DNA of 64,000 nucleotides from an uncultured Gammaproteobacteria bacterium. Its GTDB lineage: Bacteria > Patescibacteriota > Patescibacteriia > UBA9934 > GWF2-40-263. Below are positions 48,924 through 57,823 of the stretch, piece after piece (position 1 is the stretch's first letter; the number at the start of each line of letters is the position of its first letter). The DNA lies in assembly GCA_964499955.1 (NCBI GenBank), contig CAZCMI010000001.1, positions 39,485 to 103,484 of the forward strand, given 5' to 3'. The position numbers were made by a program, and so were the translations under genes. A model generated the notes under the pieces. That model worked only from the letters and a program-made list of their open reading frames with translations. It ran no database searches and was not told the DNA's origin.

Positions 48924-50492
48924 ATGCGTTTTCGTTCCCGCCTGCTCGCCGCCGCCCTCTGCTTGGTGTTGGGGGCGCCCGCGGCCGCCTTTGCCCGTCT
49001 GCCCGACGACCCGCTCTTGCCGGAGCAGTGGCACTTGGCCCGCGTGGATGCGCCGGGCGCGTGGGACGTGACGACGGGCACGCCCGCGGTGATCGTGGCG
49101 GTGTTGGACACGGGCGTGGACGTGGACCATCCCGATTTGCGGGAGAACATTTGGACGAATCCGGGCGAGATTGCCGGCGACGGGTTGGACAACGACGGCA
49201 ACGGCTTTGCGGACGACGTGCACGGGTGGAATTTCGCGGACGGGAACAACCGGCCGGTGCCGGATCCGGCGGGGCCGCAGACGCGCGCGGCCATGACGCA
49301 CGGAACGGTGGTCGCCGGGGTGATCGCGGCGGTGGGGAACAACGGCGAGGGCGTGGCAGGGATGGCCTGGCGCGCGCGCATCATGCCCGTGCGGATTTTG
49401 GACAACGAGGGGTCCGGCTTCGCGCACCATGCGGCCGTCGCGCTGCGCTACGCGGTGCGCAATGGCGCGCGCGTGGTCAATTTGAGTTTCACCGGCCCCG
49501 ACATGCCGTCGGATTTGGCCGCAGCCGTGCGGGAAGCGGCGGACGCGGGCGTGGTGATCGTGGCGGCGCTCGGCAACGCGTCCAACGGCGGCGACGACGT
49601 GGACGCCGCTCCCACCTACCCGGCGTGCTACAAACTCCTCGACGGGCGGGACCCGATCATCGGCGTGGCGGCCACGGACCGGCAGGATGCCAAGGCGCCG
49701 TTTTCCAATTTCGGGGCGGGGTGCGCGGACGTCGCGGCGCCCGGCGCGGATATCTTCAGCACCGTCCTGCACGACCCAGAGCAAGAGGCGTTCGGCGGCT
49801 GGTACGGCGGGGGCTGGTCCGGCACGTCGCTGGCGGCGCCCGTGGTGTCCGGCATCGTCGCGTTGTTGCTGTCCGCCTATCCGTCGCTGACGCCCCCGCA
49901 GGTGCTGGACATCCTGCGGTTGTCCGCCGACCCGTTGGCAGACGGCACCGGGGCCGCGGCGGCGGGGCAGGCGGGCGTGGGCCGGGTGAATGCCGCACGC
50001 GCCCTGCAAATCGCGCCGTCGTTCGTTGTCGCCGCGGAAACGCCGGAGCCGGGCGCGGCGGGGGAGGGCGGGCGGTTGGTGCGTTCAAACGAACTTCCGG
50101 CCGTGTATTACGTGGACGGCGAGGGCCGGCGCCGCCCGTTCCCGAACGAGCTGACCTTCTTCACGTGGTTCGAAGATTTTTCCACGGTGGAAACCGTGTC
50201 GGCGGCGGAACTTGCCGCGTGGCCGCTGGGCGCCCCCATGTTGCCGCGGCCCGGCACGCGCTGGGTGAAGATCCAAAGCGACCCGAAAACGTACCTGGTG
50301 GCGCCGCCGGAAGGGACGGACCCGCGTCCGGTGCTGCGCTGGATCCGGGACGAGGAAACGGCCCGCGCGCTGGGCGGGGATCGGTGGGCGGAACGGGTAA
50401 TGGACGTCGAGCCGACGTATTTCCCCCGGTTCGCGTTCGGCCCGGACATCGTCGGTCCCGAACCCGGCCTATTGGTCGGCCAGACACGTTAG
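48924..50492 (+). CDS. S8 subtilisin-family serine peptidase with C-terminal shared anchor domain
   Basis: VAVLDTGV, HGTVVAGVIAA and SGTSLAAPVVSG triad motifs; signal peptide. Confidence 0.94.
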   Translation: MRFRSRLLAAALCLVLGAPAAAFARLPDDPLLPEQWHLARVDAPGAWDVTTGTPAVIVAVLDTGVDVDHPDLRENIWTNPGEIAGDGLDNDGNGFADDVHGWNFADGNNRPVPDPAGPQTRAAMTHGTVVAGVIAAVGNNGEGVAGMAWRARIMPVRILDNEGSGFAHHAAVALRYAVRNGARVVNLSFTGPDMPSDLAAAVREAADAGVVIVAALGNASNGGDDVDAAPTYPACYKLLDGRDPIIGVAATDRQDAKAPFSNFGAGCADVAAPGADIFSTVLHDPEQEAFGGWYGGGWSGTSLAAPVVSGIVALLLSAYPSLTPPQVLDILRLSADPLADGTGAAAAGQAGVGRVNAARALQIAPSFVVAAETPEPGAAGEGGRLVRSNELPAVYYVDGEGRRRPFPNELTFFTWFEDFSTVETVSAAELAAWPLGAPMLPRPGTRWVKIQSDPKTYLVAPPEGTDPRPVLRWIRDEETARALGGDRWAERVMDVEPTYFPRFAFGPDIVGPEPGLLVGQTR

Positions 50493-50560
50493 CGTCGTTC
50501 TGCCGCCCCGTCGCGCGAACCCGCGAAATCCCGTACACTTGCCGCATACCATATTCCCTT

Positions 50561-51598
50561 ATGCCCGACGTCGTCTTTGAGAAGAAAAACGTCCTGGTGA
50601 CCGGCGGGGCCGGATTCATCGGCTCGCATTTGTGCGAGCATTTGCTGCGTGACGGCCACCGCGTGGCCTGCGTGGATAATTTTTCCACGGGGCACGTCCG
50701 CAACATCGAAAACCTGCTGTCGTATCCGGACTTCCAGTTCATCCGCGCGGACATCAACCAGCCGCTCGACTTGGAAACATTCACGGAGCTGGCCGCGTTC
50801 AAGCTGCCGTTCCAGGGCTTCCAGCAGGTCTACCACCTGGCCTGCCCCATGTCGATCGCCAACTTCGACCAGTTCAAGATGCAAACCTTGCTGGCGAATT
50901 CCGTCGGCACGTACCACGTTCTTGAGATCGCCCGCAAATACCGTGCGCGCGTGTTGCTCGCGTCCAGTTCCGTTGTGTACGGCCCGCGCAACGACGCCCA
51001 GCCGTTCATGGAGGAAACAGACGCCGGCCGGGCGCTCAACCACCTCTCGCCGCGCGGCTGCTACGACGAAGGCAAGCGGTTCGTGGAAACCATGGGCGCC
51101 ACGTACCGCCAGGTGCACGGCTTGGACGTCCGCACGGCGCGCATCTTCCGCACCTACGGCCCGCGCATGCCGCTGTTCGACGGCCAGCTCATTCCCGACT
51201 TCGTGCTGAACGCCTTGGATGGCAAGGACCTGGTCGTGTATGCGCAGGGCAAGCTGCGGACCTCCATGATGTACGTCGCCGACGCCGTGGACGGGCTGTT
51301 GCGGCACATGAACGCCGCCGAGGCGCCGGACGTGGTGAATTTCGGCAGCGACGTGGAAATGGATATCAACGACGTGGCCAAGCGCGTGGTGGAAATGACG
51401 GGATCCTCGTCGAAGATCACCACGAGGGAGGACCTGCTGTTCCTGATGGAATTGCCCCTGCCGCGCACCGGCCGCGCACGCGAACTGGGCTGGCTGCCGC
51501 TGGTGCGTTTGGAAGACGGCCTGCGCCGCACCATTGACTACATCCGGGCGAATAAGCTGTTATTGACGGCAGGAGAGGGGGAAGACCGGGCTGCGTAA
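50561..51598 (+). CDS. NAD-dependent epimerase/dehydratase, UDP-glucuronate decarboxylase-like
   Basis: VTGGAGFIGSHLC, YHLACP, CYDEGKR and ARIF.TYGPRM motifs. Confidence 0.9.
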   Translation: MPDVVFEKKNVLVTGGAGFIGSHLCEHLLRDGHRVACVDNFSTGHVRNIENLLSYPDFQFIRADINQPLDLETFTELAAFKLPFQGFQQVYHLACPMSIANFDQFKMQTLLANSVGTYHVLEIARKYRARVLLASSSVVYGPRNDAQPFMEETDAGRALNHLSPRGCYDEGKRFVETMGATYRQVHGLDVRTARIFRTYGPRMPLFDGQLIPDFVLNALDGKDLVVYAQGKLRTSMMYVADAVDGLLRHMNAAEAPDVVNFGSDVEMDINDVAKRVVEMTGSSSKITTREDLLFLMELPLPRTGRARELGWLPLVRLEDGLRRTIDYIRANKLLLTAGEGEDRAA

Positions 51599-51627
51599 CG
51601 CCGACCGGGCCGATTTGAGACAACCGT

Positions 51628-52296
51628 ATGCGTATTATCGCCATCATTCCCGCGTACAACGAGGCCTCCCACGTGGGGGTCGTGGTTGCGCGTACGCGCC
51701 CGTTCGCGGACGTAGTGTTGGTGGTGGATGATGGCTCGACGGACGGCACGGCCGAAGCGGCCCGCGCGGCGGGTGCCCGGGTGGTGCGCCATGCCTTGAA
51801 CCGCGGGCTCGGTGCGGCGCTCGGCACGGGGTTTGAAGCCGCCCGGCGGTTGGGCGCCGATGTCGCCGTCACCCTGGATGCCGACGGCCAGCACGACCCG
51901 TCGGAAATTCCCAAGTTCACGGAGGCTGTGCGCGGCGGCGCCGATTTCGTCATCGGCTCGCGGCTCATCGCTCCCGAGGGCGGCATGCCCTGGTACCGCG
52001 TGGCCGCCAACCTGTTGGGCAACCTCGCCACCTTCGTGCTGTTCGGCGCCTGGGTGACGGACAGCCAGTCCGGCTTCCGCGCGCTGAACCGCCGCGCCTT
52101 GGCAACCATGCAGGTGCGTTCCAACCGCATGGAAGTGTCCTCCGAGTTGGTCGCCGAGGCCCGGCGCAACGACCTGTGCCTGGCGGAAGTGCCCATCCGC
52201 GCGATCTACACCGAATACTCCCTGTCGAAGGGCCAGAGTTTCTTCGTCGGGATCAAGACCTTGTTCAAGCTCGTCTTCCGCCGCCTCACGGGGTAG
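51628..52296 (+). CDS. GT2 DPM1-like polyprenol-phosphate glycosyltransferase
   Basis: IPAYNEA, VDDGSTD, DADGQH and TDSQSGFRA motifs. Confidence 0.93.
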   Translation: MRIIAIIPAYNEASHVGVVVARTRPFADVVLVVDDGSTDGTAEAARAAGARVVRHALNRGLGAALGTGFEAARRLGADVAVTLDADGQHDPSEIPKFTEAVRGGADFVIGSRLIAPEGGMPWYRVAANLLGNLATFVLFGAWVTDSQSGFRALNRRALATMQVRSNRMEVSSELVAEARRNDLCLAEVPIRAIYTEYSLSKGQSFFVGIKTLFKLVFRRLTG

Positions 52297-52310
52297 CGCG
52301 CCGCACCGGT

Positions 52311-52661
52311 ATGTCCATCCTTCCCGTGCAATTCCTCATCGTCGCCTTCGCCGTCTTCGCCGCCGCGCGCGCCGTGGCGCAGTTCCGTGCGGGCCGCCTG
52401 CGCCTGGCGGGGCTTGGCGCGTGGCTGGTGTTATGGTGCGCGCTCGTCGTCATCGGCCTGCTCCCGCATACGGCCACGGCCGTGGCGCAGTTCCTCGGCG
52501 TGGGCCGCGGCGTGGACGTGGTGATCTACGCCTCGCTTGGCGCGCTGTTCTATTTGGTCTTCCGCCTGTTCGTCCGACTAGAAGAAACGGACCGGGAAAT
52601 CACCCGCTTGGTGCGGATGCAGGCGTTGGAGGGGTTGAACGAGAAAGAAACGGACCTATGA
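52311..52661 (+). CDS. DUF2304 family membrane protein
   Basis: LGVGRGVD...Y and REITRLVR motifs; typical partner of DPM1-like GT2. Confidence 0.88.
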   Translation: MSILPVQFLIVAFAVFAAARAVAQFRAGRLRLAGLGAWLVLWCALVVIGLLPHTATAVAQFLGVGRGVDVVIYASLGALFYLVFRLFVRLEETDREITRLVRMQALEGLNEKETDL

Positions 52662-53809
52662 AGATCGCCCACGTCGTGTCCACCTACCCGCCGTATCGGG
52701 GCGGGATGGGCCACATCGCCTCGGAATACACGGAGCGTTTGCGGGCGCGCGGGCACAACGTCCACGTGTTCACGCCGCGCTTCGGCCGGCCGGTGGAAGG
52801 TGATCCGGATTACGTCCACCGCGTGCCGTCGCCGCTGCACGTGGGGAACGCGGGCGTTACGCCGTCGCTGTTCCGCCGCCTTTCGGGTTTCGACGTCGTG
52901 CACTTGCACTATCCGTTTTTCGGTGGCGCGGAGCCGACCATCGTCCGCAAGGCGCTACGGTCCGACCAGGCGCTGGTGGTCACCTACCACATGGACACCC
53001 AGGCCGACGGGCTCAAGGGCATGGTCTTCGAAATGCACCGCCGGGCGCTGCTCCCGTGGCTGATGTCGCGCGCGGACCGCATCCTGGTGAGTTCCATGGA
53101 TTATTACGCCTCGTCGTCCTTGGCGAAGTTGGGGCTGCAGGAGCGCGTGCGGGAATTGCCGTTCGGCGTGGATTTGGAACGGTTTGCGCCGGGTGCCTCG
53201 CCGGAGCTGCGCGCGCGGTTGGGCGTGGGGGAAGAGGAGGCTTGCGTGCTGTTCGTGGGCGGTATGGACGCTCCGCATGCGTTCAAGGGCGTGCCGGTGT
53301 TGCTGGCGGCCATGGAGAAGTTGAAGGACGAGCCGGTGCGCGCCGTGCTGGTGGGCGACGGCGATTTGCGGCCGGAGTTCGAACGGCAGGCCGCGCATTT
53401 CGGCGTGGCCGAACGGGTGCGGTTCGCCGGGAACGTCCCGCCCGAAGAGTTGCCCGCCTATTACCGCGCCGCGGACATCCACACGCTGCCGTCCACCACG
53501 CGCGGGGAGGCCTTCGGGCTGGTGGCGTTGGAGGCGGCTGCGAGCGGCATCCCGAGCGTGGTGTCGGATTTGCCGGGGGTGCGCACGGTGGTGTTAGATG
53601 GCGAAACCGGCCTGCGCGTGCTCCCCGGGGACGCCGAGGCCCTGGCCGCGGCCCTGCGCCGCCTGGCCGTGGAACCCGGCCCCCGCCGCGCCTTGGGCGC
53701 CGCTGCCCGCGCCCGCGCGGAGGCGGCCTATGCCTGGGACCCGCTGATGGACCGGCTGGAGCAGGTGTATGCGGAAGTGAAGCAGGTACCCGAAGAGGCA
53801 AACCCATGA
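52658..53809 (+). CDS. glycosyltransferase family 4
   Basis: YPPYRGGMG, FKGV and EAFGLVALEAAASGIP motifs. Confidence 0.93.
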   Translation: MKIAHVVSTYPPYRGGMGHIASEYTERLRARGHNVHVFTPRFGRPVEGDPDYVHRVPSPLHVGNAGVTPSLFRRLSGFDVVHLHYPFFGGAEPTIVRKALRSDQALVVTYHMDTQADGLKGMVFEMHRRALLPWLMSRADRILVSSMDYYASSSLAKLGLQERVRELPFGVDLERFAPGASPELRARLGVGEEEACVLFVGGMDAPHAFKGVPVLLAAMEKLKDEPVRAVLVGDGDLRPEFERQAAHFGVAERVRFAGNVPPEELPAYYRAADIHTLPSTTRGEAFGLVALEAAASGIPSVVSDLPGVRTVVLDGETGLRVLPGDAEALAAALRRLAVEPGPRRALGAAARARAEAAYAWDPLMDRLEQVYAEVKQVPEEANP

Positions 53810-55032
53810 ACATCGGCATCGTTTCCAATCTCTATCCACCCCATGCCCGCGGCGGCGCCGAGCACATCGCTTGGCGCACGGCCCATGCGCTGTACGCCCG
53901 CGGCCACAAGGTCTTCGTCCTGTCCACCATGCCCTATGGCGGGCCGTCTTCGGCATTCCACCTCGAAGCCGAGCCGCAGCTCGAAACGGTCTACCGTTTC
54001 TTCCCGCCCAACTTCTACCACCCGCTTTCCAGCGCGTCCTATCCCATGCCCGTGCGTGCGCTCTGGCACCTCGTGGACATGTGGGGTCCGGTTCCGGGGC
54101 GCATGTTCGCCCGTGCCGCCCGCGAGGAGCGCCCGGACGTGGTCGTTACGCACAACCTGAAGGGCATCGGCCTGCAGGTGGTGCCGGCCATCCGTCGGCT
54201 GGGCATCCCGCACGCGCACGTCCTGCACGACGTCCAGTTGTCCGTGCCGAGCGGCCTGCTCATGTATGGCAAGGAGGCGGCGTTCGTGAACAGCGGCTTC
54301 CCGCGCCGCTGGTACGAAGGGGCCGTCCGCCGGATCGTCGGCTCGCCGGACACGGTGATTTCGCCCTCCCGGTTCCTGGCCGACTTCTACCGACAGCGCG
54401 GCTTTTTCCCGGACAGCCGGGTGGAAATCCTGCCGAATCCCGCGCCGGAAACCCGCGTGCCCGCCTTGGGTCCCCGCCCGCCGGGGCCGGTGCGCCTGCT
54501 CTTCGCCGGGCAGCTGGAAGAACACAAGGGCGTCCGCTTCCTGCGCAAGGCCCTCGATGCCCTCGACGTCCCGTTCTCCCTGCACATCGCCGGGGACGGT
54601 TCGCTGGCCAAGGAAGTGGCCGCCTGGGCGGAGCGCGACGAGCGCGTGGTCTACCACGGCTTCGTTTCGCTGGACAACCTGATGCGCCTCTTGGGCATCT
54701 GCGACGCCGTGCTGGTGCCGTCGCTGTGCTACGAGAACTCCCCGACGGTGATCTACGAAAGCTTACTGGCCGGCGTGCCGGTCATTGCCTCGCACATCGG
54801 CGGGGTCGGCGAACTGGTGCGCGACGGGGAGAACGGCTTCCTGGTCACCCCCGGCCGCCAGGACGAACTGCTCGCCGCCGTGCGCCGCATGTCCGCCGAG
54901 GCCGAGCAATTCCGCGCGCGGGCGGAGGGCATCCGCGCCAGCGTGGAGCCGTACCGCATGGCGAAGTACATGGAACGGCTGGAACGGCTGTTGGAAGAGA
55001 CGATCGCGCAGCACGGAAAAACCGCCTGTTGA
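53806..55032 (+). CDS. glycosyltransferase family 4
   Basis: SNLYPP..RGGAE, GQLEEHKG and YENSPTVIYESL motifs. Confidence 0.93.
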   Translation: MNIGIVSNLYPPHARGGAEHIAWRTAHALYARGHKVFVLSTMPYGGPSSAFHLEAEPQLETVYRFFPPNFYHPLSSASYPMPVRALWHLVDMWGPVPGRMFARAAREERPDVVVTHNLKGIGLQVVPAIRRLGIPHAHVLHDVQLSVPSGLLMYGKEAAFVNSGFPRRWYEGAVRRIVGSPDTVISPSRFLADFYRQRGFFPDSRVEILPNPAPETRVPALGPRPPGPVRLLFAGQLEEHKGVRFLRKALDALDVPFSLHIAGDGSLAKEVAAWAERDERVVYHGFVSLDNLMRLLGICDAVLVPSLCYENSPTVIYESLLAGVPVIASHIGGVGELVRDGENGFLVTPGRQDELLAAVRRMSAEAEQFRARAEGIRASVEPYRMAKYMERLERLLEETIAQHGKTAC

Positions 55033-55047
55033 GGGCGGTTTTTCTTT
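55017..55047. terminator. bidirectional terminator
   Basis: GAAAAACCGCC...GGCGGTTTTTC. Confidence 0.75.
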
Positions 55048-55072
55048 CGCGGAAGGCGAGGGTGCGCCGCGG

Positions 55073-57196
55073 CTAGAACGCGTAGCGGAACACGTGCGCA
55101 CGGCCGTCCCGGACGGCGAACCATTCGTCCGCCGTTTCCTTCGCCCGCGCCACGATGGCGGGGGCGTCCCACCAGTAGTCGTCCACCACGTAGTAGACCT
55201 CGCGGATGCGGCCGTATTCGCACCAGTCGCCGCAGCGTTCCTCCGCCCAGGCGGCGGCGGCCCATGCCGTTTCCCGCGACGGGTCGGCGTTCATGTCCAG
55301 GAACAGCGCGTACATGTGCCCGCCGGTGGGAATGGGATAGAAGAACTGGTCGCCGTAGTAGCGGAAGCCCACGCCGGTGAGGGCGGCGGCGGACACGCTT
55401 TGGTGGGCCAGCGCCACGTACGGCCCCTCCGCCCGCTGTTCGATGAGCCGCACCGCTTCGACATTGGCCGCGGAGACGTTGTATCCGTGGCCTTTTTGAT
55501 AGGCGTCGTCGCGCGGATAGGCGGCGTACCACAGGGCGGGCAGGGCGGCGGCCGCGACGGCCAGCGTCAGGATGCGCACGGCGGCGGGGGCGTGGGTGAG
55601 CCGCGCGGAGAACCGCACCAGCCCGGCGACGGCCAAGGGAGCCAGGCCGAACAGGGCGAGCGGCAGCAGGCGATCCGCGTAGTTCAGGCGTTCGTAATCA
55701 ATGAGGAAGGAAAAGTCCGTTACGGCGGCGAGCAGCACGCCGTTCACGAGCATCATGCCCGCGAAGGCCAGGGACGCCAGGCGCAGGGGGCGTCCCGACG
55801 TGCGCCACCCGTAGGCGGAGAGGGCCAGCCACGCGGCGCCGGCGAGCCACCCCGCCCACACGGCGAAATCCAGGAACGGGCGGAAGGGGAAGCCTACGAC
55901 GGGCGGCCGGGGTACCAGAGCGGCCAAACGGGCGAGCGCCCCGTCCGGTTGGAAGGCCGGTTGGCCGGTTTGCCAGGCAAGCACGGCGAAGGCCAGCGGC
56001 AACAACACGGCCCCCACGCCCACGATAACGCCGCGCGGCACGGCGGCCCACGCGGCTTTCAACCGAGGGACGCGCCGCGGATCGGCGGCGAGATAGGCGG
56101 CGAACAACAGGGCGGGCAGCCCGGCCACCGGGTGGATGGCGAGCGCCGCCAAGGCCGGGAGGAACAGGGCGAGCGGCCCCGGACGTTCGTCACGGGCCAG
56201 GGCGGGGACGGCCGCCGGCACCAACAGCAAAATCCACAGGTTCGCCAGGCCTTGGGGGGTGGTAATGGCGAATCCCGCTAGTGGCAGCAGGAACAGGCCA
56301 AACAGGGCGAAGGCCGCGTGCCGCCGGTCCTTGGCGACGTGCAAAGCAGCGCCCATCCAGGCGAAGGGAAGCAGCAGGGCCGCGAGTAGCGGCAGCAGGA
56401 ACCGGTCCGCGGCTTCCACGGGCAGGGCGAAGGCGTGGTGCAGGAACGCCACCAGCACGTATTGACCCACGTAATACGGCTGTTTCGGTTCGATGGCGCC
56501 GTGTTCCACCACCAGCCGTTCCGCCGCTTGATGGATGAACGGGTCGAAGCCCGTCCCGAGCGGAAAGACCGTCCACGGCACGCTCACGAAGGTGAACACA
56601 GCCGCCGACGCTAGAACAACGGACAGCAGGCGTTCGCGCCCACGGCTCCACAATGCGGCGAGGAACGCCCCGGCGGCGGCCATCGCGGCGAAGGCGGCGG
56701 GAGCAACTGCGCGCCAGGGGGAGGCCACCGCTTCCACCGTGGCCGAGTCGACCAGCACGCGGAAGGCGATGGCGAGTGCCAGCAACGCACCCGAGGCGCA
56801 GGCCAGCACGGCGGGCGGAATCCGGTGCGGGGCGTCCGACCAGGCGTCGTGCGCCAGCAGGGACGGCCGGGACCGCTTCATGGCCAAAAACGCGACGGGC
56901 GGAATGAGCAACGCCAGCGTCCACGCCAGCCAGTCGGGAAAGGAATGGAGATAATACGCCGCTGCCCCCACCAGCATAAGTGCGGAAAGCAGCATCCACG
57001 CACCCTGCCACCAGCGCAGCACGGGATGTTCGTCGGGGGCCACGGCGCGGCCGACCTGCGCCCCAAAGACGAACACGAACGCGGCGGCCAGAATCAGCCC
57101 GAATCCGGGCGACCGCCACGCGGCGGCATTCACGAGAAAACCGGCTAGAAGGAGCAGGCCCGGCATGCTAGAGTACAGGCCGAAAGAGGAAGGCAT
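55073..57196 (-). CDS. large polytopic membrane protein, GT-C-like
   Basis: More than 14 TMs; GFDPFIH, P.PYYVGQY and YERLNYADR motifs; start uncertain (57196 or 57166). Confidence 0.75.
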   Translation of the reverse strand: MPSSFGLYSSMPGLLLLAGFLVNAAAWRSPGFGLILAAAFVFVFGAQVGRAVAPDEHPVLRWWQGAWMLLSALMLVGAAAYYLHSFPDWLAWTLALLIPPVAFLAMKRSRPSLLAHDAWSDAPHRIPPAVLACASGALLALAIAFRVLVDSATVEAVASPWRAVAPAAFAAMAAAGAFLAALWSRGRERLLSVVLASAAVFTFVSVPWTVFPLGTGFDPFIHQAAERLVVEHGAIEPKQPYYVGQYVLVAFLHHAFALPVEAADRFLLPLLAALLLPFAWMGAALHVAKDRRHAAFALFGLFLLPLAGFAITTPQGLANLWILLLVPAAVPALARDERPGPLALFLPALAALAIHPVAGLPALLFAAYLAADPRRVPRLKAAWAAVPRGVIVGVGAVLLPLAFAVLAWQTGQPAFQPDGALARLAALVPRPPVVGFPFRPFLDFAVWAGWLAGAAWLALSAYGWRTSGRPLRLASLAFAGMMLVNGVLLAAVTDFSFLIDYERLNYADRLLPLALFGLAPLAVAGLVRFSARLTHAPAAVRILTLAVAAAALPALWYAAYPRDDAYQKGHGYNVSAANVEAVRLIEQRAEGPYVALAHQSVSAAALTGVGFRYYGDQFFYPIPTGGHMYALFLDMNADPSRETAWAAAAWAEERCGDWCEYGRIREVYYVVDDYWWDAPAIVARAKETADEWFAVRDGRAHVFRYAF

Positions 57197-57241
57197 AGGC
57201 AAAAATCATTTGCCCTAAGTATACAGGAAAGACGTCGTGGT

Positions 57242-57823
57242 ATGGCCTTCGCACGCGACCCGCACAAACTTTTCCCGCATGACAAGCTGTTCGCCGCCAC
57301 CATCCTGCGGCTGGTGCCGGATTTCGTTTCGCCGAACATGGTCACCATCCTGCGGTTCGTACTGACGCCGTTCGTGCTGTTCTTGATGATCATGGAAGAT
57401 TGGAACGTCGCCGTGCCGTTGTTCCTGCTCGTCGCGTTCACGGACGCCTTGGACGGTTCGCTGGCCCGCGTGCGCCGCAAGGTTACCGCCTGGGGCACGT
57501 TTTACGATCCCGTCGCGGACAAACTGCTGATCGGTTCGGTGGTGCTGATCATCGTGGCGAAGTACGTCAATCCGTGGTTCGCCCTGCTGATCTTGCTGAT
57601 GGAAGTGCTGATCATCGCGGGCGGGCTGTGGCGCAAGCGCCAGGGCGTGGTGATGTCGGCCAACGTCTTCGGCAAAACCAAGATGTTCCTGCAGGTGGCG
57701 GGCGTGAGTTTCCTGTTGTTCGCCGTGTGGTCCGGCGTGAGTTTGTTCGTGCCGTTGTCCGTGGGGACGCTGTCCGTGGCCATCGTCTTCGCTGTCATCA
57801 GTTTGTTCACCTACGGGTTATGA
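57242..57823 (+). CDS. pgsA: CDP-alcohol phosphatidyltransferase (PgsA-like)
   Basis: PNMVTILR, TDALDGSLAR, G.FYDPVADK and GKTKM motifs. Confidence 0.9.
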   Translation: MAFARDPHKLFPHDKLFAATILRLVPDFVSPNMVTILRFVLTPFVLFLMIMEDWNVAVPLFLLVAFTDALDGSLARVRRKVTAWGTFYDPVADKLLIGSVVLIIVAKYVNPWFALLILLMEVLIIAGGLWRKRQGVVMSANVFGKTKMFLQVAGVSFLLFAVWSGVSLFVPLSVGTLSVAIVFAVISLFTYGL

